A stretch of DNA of 56,246 bases. Origin: an uncultured Bacilli bacterium (GTDB lineage: Bacteria > Bacillota_I > Bacilli_A > RF39 > UBA660). Below are positions 35,463-44,258 of this stretch, piece after piece. The first letter of the stretch is position 1. The number at the start of each line of letters is the position of its first letter. The translations under genes and the position numbers were made by a program. Location: assembly GCA_944358505.1 (NCBI GenBank), contig CALVRG010000020.1:1-56246 (forward strand), given 5' to 3'. The notes beneath the pieces were generated by a model. The model did not search any database. It was not told where the DNA came from and worked only from the letters and a program-made list of their open reading frames with translations.

Positions 35463-37445
35463 ATGTTAGCTTTTACTAAAAATAATGAAGATGCTATTAA
35501 TGAAGAAAGAATTGTCAATCAAATAAGAGCACTTGGTATTGATATGATACATGAGGCAAATAGTGGTCATCCTGGAATTGTTCTTGGTGCAGCTCCTATA
35601 ATATATACAATTTATGCACATCATTTGCGCTTTGATAAAGATAATCCCTTATTCTTTAACCGTGATAGATTTGTTATGAGTTCGGGGCATGGTTCAGCTT
35701 TACTTTATGCAACCCTTGCTATGGCTGGTTTCAACATTGAAATAGATGATTTAAAAAAATTTAGACAGCTAAATTCAATTACACCAGGTCATCCTGAATA
35801 TGGAATAACACCAGGAGTTGATGCCACTACAGGCCCTTTAGGGCAAGGTGTTGCCATGGCTGTAGGTATGGCAATTGCTGAAAAACATAGTGAAGCTTTA
35901 ATAAATGATAAAAAAAACAACGTCGTTAATTATAAAATTTATTGTTTATGTGGTGATGGCGATTTAATGGAAGGTGTAAGTTATGAAGCACTTTCTTTAG
36001 CAGGTACTCTTAAACTAAACAATTTAATAATTCTATATGACTCTAATCACGTATGTCTTGATAGTGATACTAAAAAAACTTTTACTGACGATATAGAATC
36101 TAGATTCAAAAGTATTGGCTTTAATGTAAATACAGTAAATGATGATATTGCAAGTATTGATAAGGCAATCAAAGATGCTAAAAACAGTGATATGCCTAGC
36201 TTGATACAAGTTAAGACCACAATTGGTAAATATTCTAAAAATGCTGGTACTAATCTAGCTCATGGTAAACCTCTAGATATAGATGATATTACTAATATTA
36301 AAGAACAGCTTAATGTACGTAATATTCCATTTACTGTATCTAATGAAACTTTAGAAGATTTTCAAAAGCTAATTAATGATAGATGTAATAATTTAATTGA
36401 TGATTTTGAAAAGAACAAAGAAAATCTTGATGATAAAAATAAAGAATTACTAGATTCTTTGATTTCTAATGATAAAAAAATAGAACTTACAGATATAGGC
36501 TATACATATAATGAAGAAAGAATTGAATCTCTAAGAGAAGCTAGTAGCAAAGTTTTAAATTCTCTTGCAAATTCTAGTAAATTAATATTTGGTGGTGCTG
36601 CAGATTTATCTAGTTCAACACTCACATATTTAACTGATAAAGGTATTTTTTCAAGTGATGATTATAATGGTAGAAATATTTTCTTTGGCGTTAGAGAATT
36701 TGCAATGGCATCTATTGCAAATGGTATTGCATTATCAGGCTATCGCCCTTTTGTATCAACATATCTAACATTTAGTGATTATCTAAAACCAGCTTTAAGA
36801 CTAACTTGTCTTATGAATTTACCAGTTACATATATTTTTACCCATGATTCAATAACAGTAGGGGAAGATGGTCCAACCCACCAAGCTGTTGAACAGTTAG
36901 TAGGTTTAAGAGCTACTCCTAATTTAGATGTATTTAGGCCAAGTGATGCTAACGAAGTAATTGGTACATATAAAACTATATTTGAAGGAAACAAGCCAGC
37001 ATGTATTATTTTAGGTAGAAATAAAACACAAATAAGAGAAACATCTTCTGTTCCATTAGTAGCAAAAGGAGCTTACATTATAAAACATGAAGAAAGAAAA
37101 TTAGATGGTATTATAATTGCCACAGGAGAAGAAGTTGATTTAGCTTTTGATGTAGTACATGAACTATTTGAAAAAGGATATGATTTTAGAATAGTTTCAA
37201 TGCCTTCTATTGAAAGATATAATTTACTTACTAAAGAAGAAAAAGAAGAATTACTTCCTATTGGTAAGAAGAAATTTATCATTGAAAAATCATCTTCATA
37301 TTCTTGGTATCAATTTGCATACAATAACAACTATTTGTTTACTATTGATAATTTTGGTCTTAGTGGTAAGGCAGGGGATATTAATAATAAATTTAATTTT
37401 ACTAAAGAATATATATCTTTAAAAATAGAAGAAATAATTAAATAA
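35463..37445 (+). CDS. tkt: Transketolase
   Basis: RBS GAGGAGTGA. IRALGIDMIHEANSGHPG, GDGDLMEGVSYEA (ThDP motif), GVREFAM, THDSITVGEDGPTHQ. Confidence 0.95.
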   Translation: MLAFTKNNEDAINEERIVNQIRALGIDMIHEANSGHPGIVLGAAPIIYTIYAHHLRFDKDNPLFFNRDRFVMSSGHGSALLYATLAMAGFNIEIDDLKKFRQLNSITPGHPEYGITPGVDATTGPLGQGVAMAVGMAIAEKHSEALINDKKNNVVNYKIYCLCGDGDLMEGVSYEALSLAGTLKLNNLIILYDSNHVCLDSDTKKTFTDDIESRFKSIGFNVNTVNDDIASIDKAIKDAKNSDMPSLIQVKTTIGKYSKNAGTNLAHGKPLDIDDITNIKEQLNVRNIPFTVSNETLEDFQKLINDRCNNLIDDFEKNKENLDDKNKELLDSLISNDKKIELTDIGYTYNEERIESLREASSKVLNSLANSSKLIFGGAADLSSSTLTYLTDKGIFSSDDYNGRNIFFGVREFAMASIANGIALSGYRPFVSTYLTFSDYLKPALRLTCLMNLPVTYIFTHDSITVGEDGPTHQAVEQLVGLRATPNLDVFRPSDANEVIGTYKTIFEGNKPACIILGRNKTQIRETSSVPLVAKGAYIIKHEERKLDGIIIATGEEVDLAFDVVHELFEKGYDFRIVSMPSIERYNLLTKEEKEELLPIGKKKFIIEKSSSYSWYQFAYNNNYLFTIDNFGLSGKAGDINNKFNFTKEYISLKIEEIIK

Positions 37446-37495
37446 TTCGACAATCTTTTTAAAACTTTCTTGTTATAGTAAATATGGTGATTATA

Positions 37496-37921
37496 ATGAG
37501 AGAGTTTTTTATTTTTGAACTTAAAGATGAATTCAAAAGTCTATATATTGATAAGCCTAGTATTTTATATAACATTTTTGAACAAATCTATACTTTAAAT
37601 AAAAGCGATTTAGATTATGGATATAGTTTATTTAGACAACTAACTAAAAAAATAGACAAAGATAAAACTGATAGATATTTATTTATTAAATATCATCAAA
37701 GTATCCCTTACAGCAAGAAAAAAGAAGTACATTATTATAATAATCCCGCTCATGATGAGATTAGCACTTTAATAGTTAAAAAAGCTTATATGCTAGTTCG
37801 TACTAATTATTATGATTGTTTCTTCTTAGATGTTTTAAATAGTGTTAATAATACCTATTTTGCAGTTGATTTTAAAAATCAAGATTATTTCTTTTTAGAA
37901 AGTAGGAAATTACTTGTGTAA
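37496..37921 (+). CDS. sirA: SirA-like protein (sporulation inhibitor of replication), called mainly from position
   Basis: About 140-aa protein between tkt and yneF, exactly where sirA (yneE) lies in B. subtilis. The N-terminus FIFELKDEFKSLYIDKPSILYNIFEQIY resembles YLIKEEFANHYFGRESVMFELF. Confidence 0.5.
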   Translation: MREFFIFELKDEFKSLYIDKPSILYNIFEQIYTLNKSDLDYGYSLFRQLTKKIDKDKTDRYLFIKYHQSIPYSKKKEVHYYNNPAHDEISTLIVKKAYMLVRTNYYDCFFLDVLNSVNNTYFAVDFKNQDYFFLESRKLLV

Positions 37922-37964
37922 TTTTATAATTTAAGTTAATATATAGTTGTAAGGAGTTGATATT

Positions 37965-38174
37965 ATGTTGCATGATATATTATTAGTTTTAGTTGGCATT
38001 ATTATTGGTGCTATTATAGGATTTTTTATTGCAAGAACTGTTACTAAAAGATATATGAAAAAAAATCCACCTATAAACGAGGAAATGATTAAAGCATTAA
38101 TGATGCAAATGGGAAGAAAACCTAATCAAAAACAAATTAATCAAATGATGAAATCTATGCAAAAATACATGTAG
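37965..38174 (+). CDS. yneF: UPF0154 small membrane protein YneF
   Basis: Single N-terminal TM, then KRYMKKNPPINEEMIKALMMQMGRKPNQKQINQMMKSM, the YneF family signature. Confidence 0.85.
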   Translation: MLHDILLVLVGIIIGAIIGFFIARTVTKRYMKKNPPINEEMIKALMMQMGRKPNQKQINQMMKSMQKYM

Positions 38175-38190
38175 TTTTTGCATATTTTTA
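38157..38190 (+). terminator. Rho-independent terminator after yneF
   Basis: ATGCAAAAA (38157-38165), 9-nt loop, TTTTTGCAT (38175-38183), then ATTTTT. Confidence 0.7.
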
Positions 38191-38329
38191 TTGATATAAA
38201 TCAAACATTTTTATTTTCAATTATAGGAATCAATTTAAGTTAGTTTTATTAATTGATATAAAAAAGAACAGAAAAAGCATTAAATAAACTAAAATATTTG
38301 CTTTAATAAGAACTATTTAATTTTTCAAG

Positions 38330-38358
38330 TTGTAAAGAAATGCTTTTTGTGGTAATAT
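38330..38358 (+). promoter_or_regulatory. Sigma-A type promoter for tRNA-Gln (and probably gltX)
   Basis: TTGTAA, 17 nt ending TGg, TAATAT. Same architecture as the tRNA-Arg promoter. Confidence 0.55.
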
Positions 38359-38373
38359 TTAATTGTTATTCAT

Positions 38374-38448
38374 TGCCCCATAGCCAAGTGGTAAGGCAGT
38401 GCGCTCTGACCGCATTACGCGTTAGTTCGAATCTAACTGGGGCAACCA
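38374..38448 (+). tRNA. tRNA-Gln (CUG), CCA encoded
   Basis: TGCCCCATAGCCAAGTGGTAAGGCAGTGCGCTCTGACCGCATTACGCGTTAGTTCGAATCTAACTGGGGCAACCA. U1-A72 pair typical of bacterial tRNA-Gln; anticodon loop CTCTGAC. Confidence 0.85.
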
Positions 38449-38486
38449 ATGTTTATAATTATGTTTATATAGATGGAGTGATTTAA

Positions 38487-40124
38487 ATGAATAAAGAACT
38501 TGCAGAACTTTTATTTCCCAATATTAGTATCACAGTCGAAGAAATTGAAAAAAAGTATCCTAATAGAGATTTAAAAGATGGCGCTTATGTTACAAGATTT
38601 GGACCATCTCCTACAGGATTTATGCATGTAGGCAATTTATATGGTGCTTTTATTAGTTCAATGCTTGCTAAACAAACAGGTGGTACATTTTATCTTAGAA
38701 TAGAAGATACTGATAGCAAAAGAGAAAAAGATGGTGCCATTGATGCTATTATTAATGGACTTAAGGCTTTTGATATTAACTATGATGAAGGTTATGGAAA
38801 AGGTGGAATTTATGGGCCTTATTTGCAGAGTGAAAGAGTAGAAATATATCAAGCCTATGCTAAAAAATTAGTCAGTGATGGTTTTGCTTATCCCTGCTTT
38901 ATGAAAGAAGAAGAAATAGCTAATATTAGAAGTGGTCAAGAATTAAGAAAAGAAAAAATTGGTATTTATGGAAGTTATGCAGTTGATCGCGATTTAACAC
39001 TTGAAGAAGTAAAAGAACATCTTAATAATGGTGATAGTTATGTTATTCGCCTTAAATCACCTGGAGATTCTCATAACGAGATAATTTTGCATGATTTAAT
39101 AAAGGGAGATATTAGTCTACCAGAAAATGATATTGATGAAGTCTTGCTTAAAAAAGATGGCATTCCAACATATCATTTTGCACATGTTATAGATGACCAT
39201 TTAATGCATACAACACACGTTTTAAGAGGCGATGAATGGGTACCAAGTTTTCCTAAACATTTACAATTAAATCAAGTATTAGGTTTTAAGCCATGTAAAT
39301 ATGCTCATATTGCACCACTTACTAAAAAAGAAGATGGAAAAATTCGTAAATTTAGTAAAAGAAAAGATCCTGAATTTGCAGTTAGTTATTATGAAGAAGC
39401 TGGTATTCCAAAAGAAGGTGTTAGACTTTATCTTGCAACACTTGCAAATACTAATTTTGAAGAATGGTATTTACAAAATAAAGATAAATCTATTGAAGAC
39501 TTTACTTTCTCATTTAAAAAGATGCCTACTGGTGGAACCTTATTTGATATGGAAAAATTAAACAATATTTGCAGAACTTATTTTTCTCGTATTAGTGCAG
39601 ATACTATCTATAATGATGCTTTAGTTTACTATAAGAAATATGATCAAAAGTTTTATGAATTAATGATAAAAGATAAAGATAAACTAATTAGTTTCTTAAA
39701 TATAGAGCGAGATAGTAAACGTCCACGCAAAGATATTGCCACTTATAAAGATATAAAAATTGAAAGTTCATATATATTTAATGATTTATTTTATAAAGAT
39801 CGAGAGTTAACTTATAAAGATATTGATGAAAAAATTGACTATGATATTATTAATAAATATATAGAAATATATCAGGACTTTAATAGTGAAGATGATTGGT
39901 ATAATCAAATTAAAATATTAGCAGAAGAAATGGGTTATGCTCCTAGTGTTAAAATGTATAAAGAAGATCCGAATTTATATAAAGGACATATAGGCGATGT
40001 TTGTGAGATGATTAGACACTTACTTACTGGTAGAGTTAAAACACCTAACCTTTATCAACTATTAAAAATTATTGGAATAGAGGAATTTAAAAATAGAGTA
40101 GAGTTTTATAAAAATGGTAAATAG
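38487..40124 (+). CDS. gltX: Glutamate--tRNA ligase (545 aa)
   Basis: RFGPSPTGFMHVGN (HIGH), LRIEDTD, KFSKRK (KMSKS). SPTG is the GluRS type rather than the GlnRS type. Confidence 0.85.
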   Translation: MNKELAELLFPNISITVEEIEKKYPNRDLKDGAYVTRFGPSPTGFMHVGNLYGAFISSMLAKQTGGTFYLRIEDTDSKREKDGAIDAIINGLKAFDINYDEGYGKGGIYGPYLQSERVEIYQAYAKKLVSDGFAYPCFMKEEEIANIRSGQELRKEKIGIYGSYAVDRDLTLEEVKEHLNNGDSYVIRLKSPGDSHNEIILHDLIKGDISLPENDIDEVLLKKDGIPTYHFAHVIDDHLMHTTHVLRGDEWVPSFPKHLQLNQVLGFKPCKYAHIAPLTKKEDGKIRKFSKRKDPEFAVSYYEEAGIPKEGVRLYLATLANTNFEEWYLQNKDKSIEDFTFSFKKMPTGGTLFDMEKLNNICRTYFSRISADTIYNDALVYYKKYDQKFYELMIKDKDKLISFLNIERDSKRPRKDIATYKDIKIESSYIFNDLFYKDRELTYKDIDEKIDYDIINKYIEIYQDFNSEDDWYNQIKILAEEMGYAPSVKMYKEDPNLYKGHIGDVCEMIRHLLTGRVKTPNLYQLLKIIGIEEFKNRVEFYKNGK

Positions 40125-40191
40125 CCATTTTTTCTTTTATATAAGTATTAAATCAAGTATAAAAGACATACTAAAATTAGGTGATAATAGT

Positions 40192-41499
40192 ATGGAAATT
40201 AGAAAAGATGTGCTAGAAAATATTACTAATAATTATTTACAAGATTTAAACAATAAAACAGCAAGATGTGCTCTTGCTAGAAATAAAATTAGAGATATAA
40301 TGCGAAACAAAGAAAAAGATGGAGAATTACTTTTTAATTTTTCACTTAACTTAGATAGTTTTAAACCATCCAATCAACAAAAATCAGGTAGTAGTTTTAT
40401 TTATGCAGGTTGTAATTTACTAAGAGCATCTTTCTGTAAAAAATATGATTTAAATGATTTTGAATTTTCACAAAGTTATATAGCCTTTTATGATAAATTA
40501 GAAAAATTCAACTATTATATGGAATCTTTGATTGCATTAAAAGATAATGATAAAGATAATCGTGAAAGATACCATATATTAACAAAAGGAATTGTTGATG
40601 AAGGATCTTTTTTTGGATTTAGAAATATCATAAATAAATATGGGATTGTTCCCAAAGGTAATATGAATGATACTTATCAAAGTTTAAACACCGAAGAAAT
40701 GAATTATTTAATTAATAGAAAATTAAGACAATTTAATGCTAGGATTTTAAAAAATGAACAAAATCTTGATTATTTGAAAAGTATATTTTTAGATGATGTT
40801 TTTAGAATACTTGCCAATTGTTATGGAGTTCCTCCTAAAAAATTTAATTTTGAATATACTGATAAAGATAAGAAATATCATATTATTAAAGATATTACAC
40901 CTTTAGAGTTTTATAAAGAATATATGGATTTTGATTTTAATAATTATGTTAGTATAATTAATGTTCCAACAAATGATAAGCCTTATAATAAATTATATTC
41001 TATTAAGTATTTAGGAAATGTTATAGAAAATGGTAATTATATATATTTAAATCTTCCATTAGATGATTTTAAATCTCTTATAATAAAACAATTAGAAGCA
41101 AGAGAACTTGTTTATATTGGATGTGATTATAAGAAAGCAGTAGATGTAGGAGATGGAATATTTGATGACTTGAGTTTTAATTATTATGATACTTTTAGAA
41201 GTGATTTTTATATGAGTAAAGAAGATGCTTTAGATAATTATGAAAGTTCTATAAATCATTCTATGATTATAACAGGAGTTAATTTAGACAATAATATTCC
41301 TACTAAATGGAAAATAGAAAACAGTTGGGGAAGTAATGTAGGTAATAATGGATATTTTGTAGCTAGTTCTACTTGGTTTGATAAATATGTTTATTCCACA
41401 GTTATTAACAAAAAATATCTAAATGAAGAACAGATAGAAGTATTAAAAGAACAAGTTATAGAACTAGAACCTTGGGATATTTTAGGAATGTTTGCTTAA
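40192..41499 (+). CDS. pepC: Aminopeptidase C / bleomycin hydrolase (peptidase C1B) homologue with Ser in place of the catalytic Cys
   Basis: RBS AGGTGA plus ATG 40192. NQQKSGSSFIYAGCN aligns gap-free to NQKQSGRCWMFAALN of lactococcal PepC (anchored by DFEFSQ 22 residues downstream). The His (NHSMIITGV), Asn (WKIENSWG) and C-terminal PWDILGMFA are conserved. Confidence 0.8.
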   Translation: MEIRKDVLENITNNYLQDLNNKTARCALARNKIRDIMRNKEKDGELLFNFSLNLDSFKPSNQQKSGSSFIYAGCNLLRASFCKKYDLNDFEFSQSYIAFYDKLEKFNYYMESLIALKDNDKDNRERYHILTKGIVDEGSFFGFRNIINKYGIVPKGNMNDTYQSLNTEEMNYLINRKLRQFNARILKNEQNLDYLKSIFLDDVFRILANCYGVPPKKFNFEYTDKDKKYHIIKDITPLEFYKEYMDFDFNNYVSIINVPTNDKPYNKLYSIKYLGNVIENGNYIYLNLPLDDFKSLIIKQLEARELVYIGCDYKKAVDVGDGIFDDLSFNYYDTFRSDFYMSKEDALDNYESSINHSMIITGVNLDNNIPTKWKIENSWGSNVGNNGYFVASSTWFDKYVYSTVINKKYLNEEQIEVLKEQVIELEPWDILGMFA

Positions 41500-41543
41500 T
41501 TATTATAACTATACACTTTTATTAGTAATAAAAATAAAACAAA

Positions 41544-41578
41544 AACATCTACCTAATTGTAGATGTTGTATTTTTTTT
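41544..41578 (+). terminator. Rho-independent terminator after pepC
   Basis: AACATCTAC (41544-41552), 6-nt loop, GTAGATGTT (41559-41567), GTA, T8. The T-run abuts the 3' end of the convergent tRNA. Confidence 0.8.
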
Positions 41579-41654
41579 GGTAGCCTGTACGGGGTTTGAA
41601 CCCGTGAATACGAGCTTGAGAGGCGCGCGTGTTAAACCACTTCACCAACAGGCC
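41578..41654 (-). tRNA. tRNA-Glu (CUC), CCA encoded
   Basis: GGCCTGTTGGTGAAGTGGTTTAACACGCGCGCCTCTCAAGCTCGTATTCACGGGTTCAAACCCCGTACAGGCTACCA. Overall similar to Firmicute tRNA-Glu; anticodon loop CTCTCAA; C29-U41 mismatch in the anticodon stem. Confidence 0.7.
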
Positions 41655-41770
41655 ATTAAATACCAAAGTTACTAATAAATTTTAACATAAAAAAATAAAA
41701 GTTGCAATACTTGTCAATAATAAAAATGTATGATACAATACTCTTCCTATGGGAAAAGGCGGTGTTTTAA

Positions 41771-42580
41771 ATGATTATTTTACCATTGATGATAAACAAT
41801 GTATGTGTAAATGTAAGTATTAATTTTAAAAATACACAAAAAAACAAGAATCAGCTTATCACAGGAATTAAAGGAACAAGCACCAGTGATATAATTGTTG
41901 GCAAAAGTATTATAAGACTCGATTCTAATTCTAATCCTAGAGTTATTACAGCAATAATTAGAAAGAATATTGGTTATAGCCAATATGATATTAAAAATAT
42001 TCAAGTAAATACTAAAAAATATCATGATAGTGAATTTTATGATAGTTACATAATAGAAACTCCACCTGCTAATTCTAATGATATTACTGATTATATATAT
42101 GGTATGCTAGTTAATAGCATTAGACTAAATGACCCCGAAATTTCCAAAAAAGAAAAAATATCACTAGATGCTTTAGGATTTGATAAGCTATTTAATAGTG
42201 AGTTTTTAAACAAAATTGCATCACTTAATAATAGAAATTATAATCAAATGCAAATAAGAAATAAATTAATTGAAGAAGGTTATTCTAAGCAATTAGAAGT
42301 TTTAGATTTTTTTAATAATTTAGATTATGAAATAGAGGAAAAAGATGCAATTTTAACGGACGATATTGATAATGTTATAAGTTTTTTTAATAATACTAAA
42401 AAAGAAAGTAAAGTCCTAACAAATTATAAAAAAGTAGCTTTAGGAAATTATGATAATTATATAATTTTAGCAGTGTTTAATACTTTAGTTAATGGAAAGA
42501 CTTTGGATTGGCCAATACTTTCAGCAGAACAACAAAAAACATTACAAAAAAAGCTTAATTATAAGATGAAAGTAGCATAA
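41771..42580 (+). CDS. Hypothetical protein (269 aa), probably co-transcribed with tcdA
   Basis: Long ORF with RBS AAGGCGGTG. The stop is 2 nt before the tcdA start. No motif recognised. Confidence 0.55.
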   Translation: MIILPLMINNVCVNVSINFKNTQKNKNQLITGIKGTSTSDIIVGKSIIRLDSNSNPRVITAIIRKNIGYSQYDIKNIQVNTKKYHDSEFYDSYIIETPPANSNDITDYIYGMLVNSIRLNDPEISKKEKISLDALGFDKLFNSEFLNKIASLNNRNYNQMQIRNKLIEEGYSKQLEVLDFFNNLDYEIEEKDAILTDDIDNVISFFNNTKKESKVLTNYKKVALGNYDNYIILAVFNTLVNGKTLDWPILSAEQQKTLQKKLNYKMKVA

Positions 42581-42582
42581 GT

Positions 42583-43260
42583 ATGAAATTTGATCGTTTA
42601 GAAAATTTAATTGGATCTATTTCATTAGACAAATTAGAAAAATCTACAGTTTTAATAATAGGTTTAGGCGGTGTTGGAGGATATGTAGTAGAAGCTTTAA
42701 CAAGAAGCAATATTGGTAATTTAATTTTAGTGGATTTTGATAAAGTTGATATTACTAATTTCAATAGACAAATAATCGCAATAAACACAAATGTCTCTAA
42801 ATATAAAGTAGATTGCTTTGTTAACAGAATAAAAGAAATCAATAACAAATGCAAAGTTGATTCTTATAAACTTAAAATAAATAGTGAAAATATAAATAAT
42901 ATTTTTTCGAAAAGAATAGATTTTGTTGTTGATGCAATAGATGATGTCAAAGCAAAAACTGCAATAATTAATTATTGCCTAGATCACAATATCAGTTTTA
43001 TCAGTTCTATGGGTACTGGCAATAGATTAGATCCTAGTAAGTTAATTATTACGACCCTTGATAAAACACAAAATGATCCACTTGCTAAAGTTATGAGAAA
43101 AAAATTTAATGATAAAGAAAAAAAGAGAATAATAGTTTGTACATCTCTAGAGTTACCTATAAAAGTTAAAAACAAAAAAACAATTGGATCTACATCTTTT
43201 GTGCCTAGCAGTGCTGGATTATTAATAGCAAGTTATATAGTTAAAAAGCTTATTAAATAA
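42583..43260 (+). CDS. tcdA: tRNA threonylcarbamoyladenosine dehydratase (ThiF/MoeB/HesA family)
   Basis: VLIIGLGGVGGYVVEAL (Rossmann), LVDFDKVDITNFNRQ, short E1-like protein without Cys-rich C-terminal domains. Confidence 0.7.
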   Translation: MKFDRLENLIGSISLDKLEKSTVLIIGLGGVGGYVVEALTRSNIGNLILVDFDKVDITNFNRQIIAINTNVSKYKVDCFVNRIKEINNKCKVDSYKLKINSENINNIFSKRIDFVVDAIDDVKAKTAIINYCLDHNISFISSMGTGNRLDPSKLIITTLDKTQNDPLAKVMRKKFNDKEKKRIIVCTSLELPIKVKNKKTIGSTSFVPSSAGLLIASYIVKKLIK

Positions 43261-43289
43261 AAAAGATTGGTATACGTTGCCAATCTTTT
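43261..43289. terminator. Bidirectional terminator between the convergent tcdA and lexA
   Basis: AAAAGATTGG (43261-43270), 9-nt loop, CCAATCTTTT (43280-43289). Confidence 0.75.
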
Positions 43290-43905
43290 AAAATTTTCTA
43301 TATAAACCAACAACTTTACCAAGAATAGTTACTTCATCTAAAATAATAGGTTCCATTGTATCATTTTCAGGCTGTAATCTAAAATATCCGTTTTCTTTAT
43401 AAAATGTTTTTACAGTTGCTTCATTATCTTTATTCATAGCCACAACAGTATCGCCATTGTGTGCAGTATTTTGTTTTTCTACTATTAAAATATCGCCATC
43501 ATAAATACCAACATTAATCATTGATTCTCCACTAACTGTCAAAGTAAAAATTTCTTTTTTATTTCCAAACAATTCAGCAGGCAAAGAAAATGTTTCATCA
43601 GGACGTTCTATTGCCTCGATTGGTGTACCAGCTGTTACTTTGCCAAGAAGAGGTACTTTTACAATATCATCCTCATTATCTAAAAACTCGTTATCAACTA
43701 AAACTTCTATTGTCCTATTAGTACCATTACCTTTCTTTATATAACCTTTATTTACCAATTGTTTTAAGTGAAAATGAATTGTAGCAGGACTAGATAATTT
43801 AGCTTCATCACCAATTTCTCTAACAGTTGGTGGATAACCATTTTTAGCCACTAATTTTTTAATAATTTGTAAAATATCATATTGTCTATCAGTTAATTTT
43901 TCCAT
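43288..43905 (-). CDS. lexA: SOS repressor LexA
   Basis: RBS AAAGGAGAA plus ATG 43905. LTDRQYDILQIIKKLVAKNGYPPTVREIG (winged HTH), GESMINVGI (Ser), ATVKTF (Lys). Confidence 0.92.
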   Translation of the reverse strand: MEKLTDRQYDILQIIKKLVAKNGYPPTVREIGDEAKLSSPATIHFHLKQLVNKGYIKKGNGTNRTIEVLVDNEFLDNEDDIVKVPLLGKVTAGTPIEAIERPDETFSLPAELFGNKKEIFTLTVSGESMINVGIYDGDILIVEKQNTAHNGDTVVAMNKDNEATVKTFYKENGYFRLQPENDTMEPIILDEVTILGKVVGLYRKF

Positions 43906-43934
43906 TTGACATTCTCCTTTCTTTATTTGTATTA

Positions 43935-43974
43935 AGTTTAGCATTTCTTTTGTCAAATGTCAAACAAAATTTCG
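43935..43974 (-). promoter_or_regulatory. Putative lexA promoter with a degenerate LexA box over the -35
   Basis: Minus strand: TTGACA (43958-43963), 17 nt, TAAACT (43935-43940). CGAAATTTTGTTTG (43961-43974) is a GAAC-N4-GTTC-like palindrome matching 6/8 core positions. Confidence 0.4.
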
Positions 43975-43983
43975 AAAGCTATA

Positions 43984-44012
43984 TTGACATAAACATTAGT
44001 TCGATATAAAAT
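43984..44012 (+). promoter_or_regulatory. Promoter with a LexA (Cheo-type) box in the spacer, divergent from lexA
   Basis: TTGACA (43984-43989), 17 nt, TAAAAT (44007-44012). The spacer contains TAAACATTAGTTCG (43990-44003), matching 7/8 of GAAC-N4-GTTC. Confidence 0.55.
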
Positions 44013-44038
44013 GTTATCAGAAAGAAGGAGTGATAGAT

Positions 44039-44206
44039 ATGTTAAATTTCAATTTAAAAACTATTTTAAAAACAGCTTTAGGAGTAAGTCTAATTTATAT
44101 TATGGCTGTAATACTTACTTTATTTATGTGTGATAGAGTTAATGAGCTTGATAGTAGGGAAGGAGAAGAGCTTATCAATACTACAGTAGCATTTAATTTA
44201 AAATAA
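44039..44206 (+). CDS. Unlisted 55-aa single-pass membrane protein; candidate SOS-induced cell-division inhibitor (YneA/SosA analogue)
   Basis: RBS AAGGAGTGA plus ATG 44039. MLNFNLKTILKTALGVSLIYIMAVILTLFMCDRVNELDSREGEELINTTVAFNLK*. Confidence 0.5.
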   Translation: MLNFNLKTILKTALGVSLIYIMAVILTLFMCDRVNELDSREGEELINTTVAFNLK

Positions 44207-44258
44207 TTTCAAATATTACTAGTTGCATGATATAATATAGAAAGAAAGTGTGATATAT

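Noticed and set aside
38449-38486. Looked for a T-box or other leader upstream of gltX
   Set aside because: The gap between tRNA-Gln and the gltX start is 38 nt, too short for any T-box. No specifier or antiterminator elements are present.
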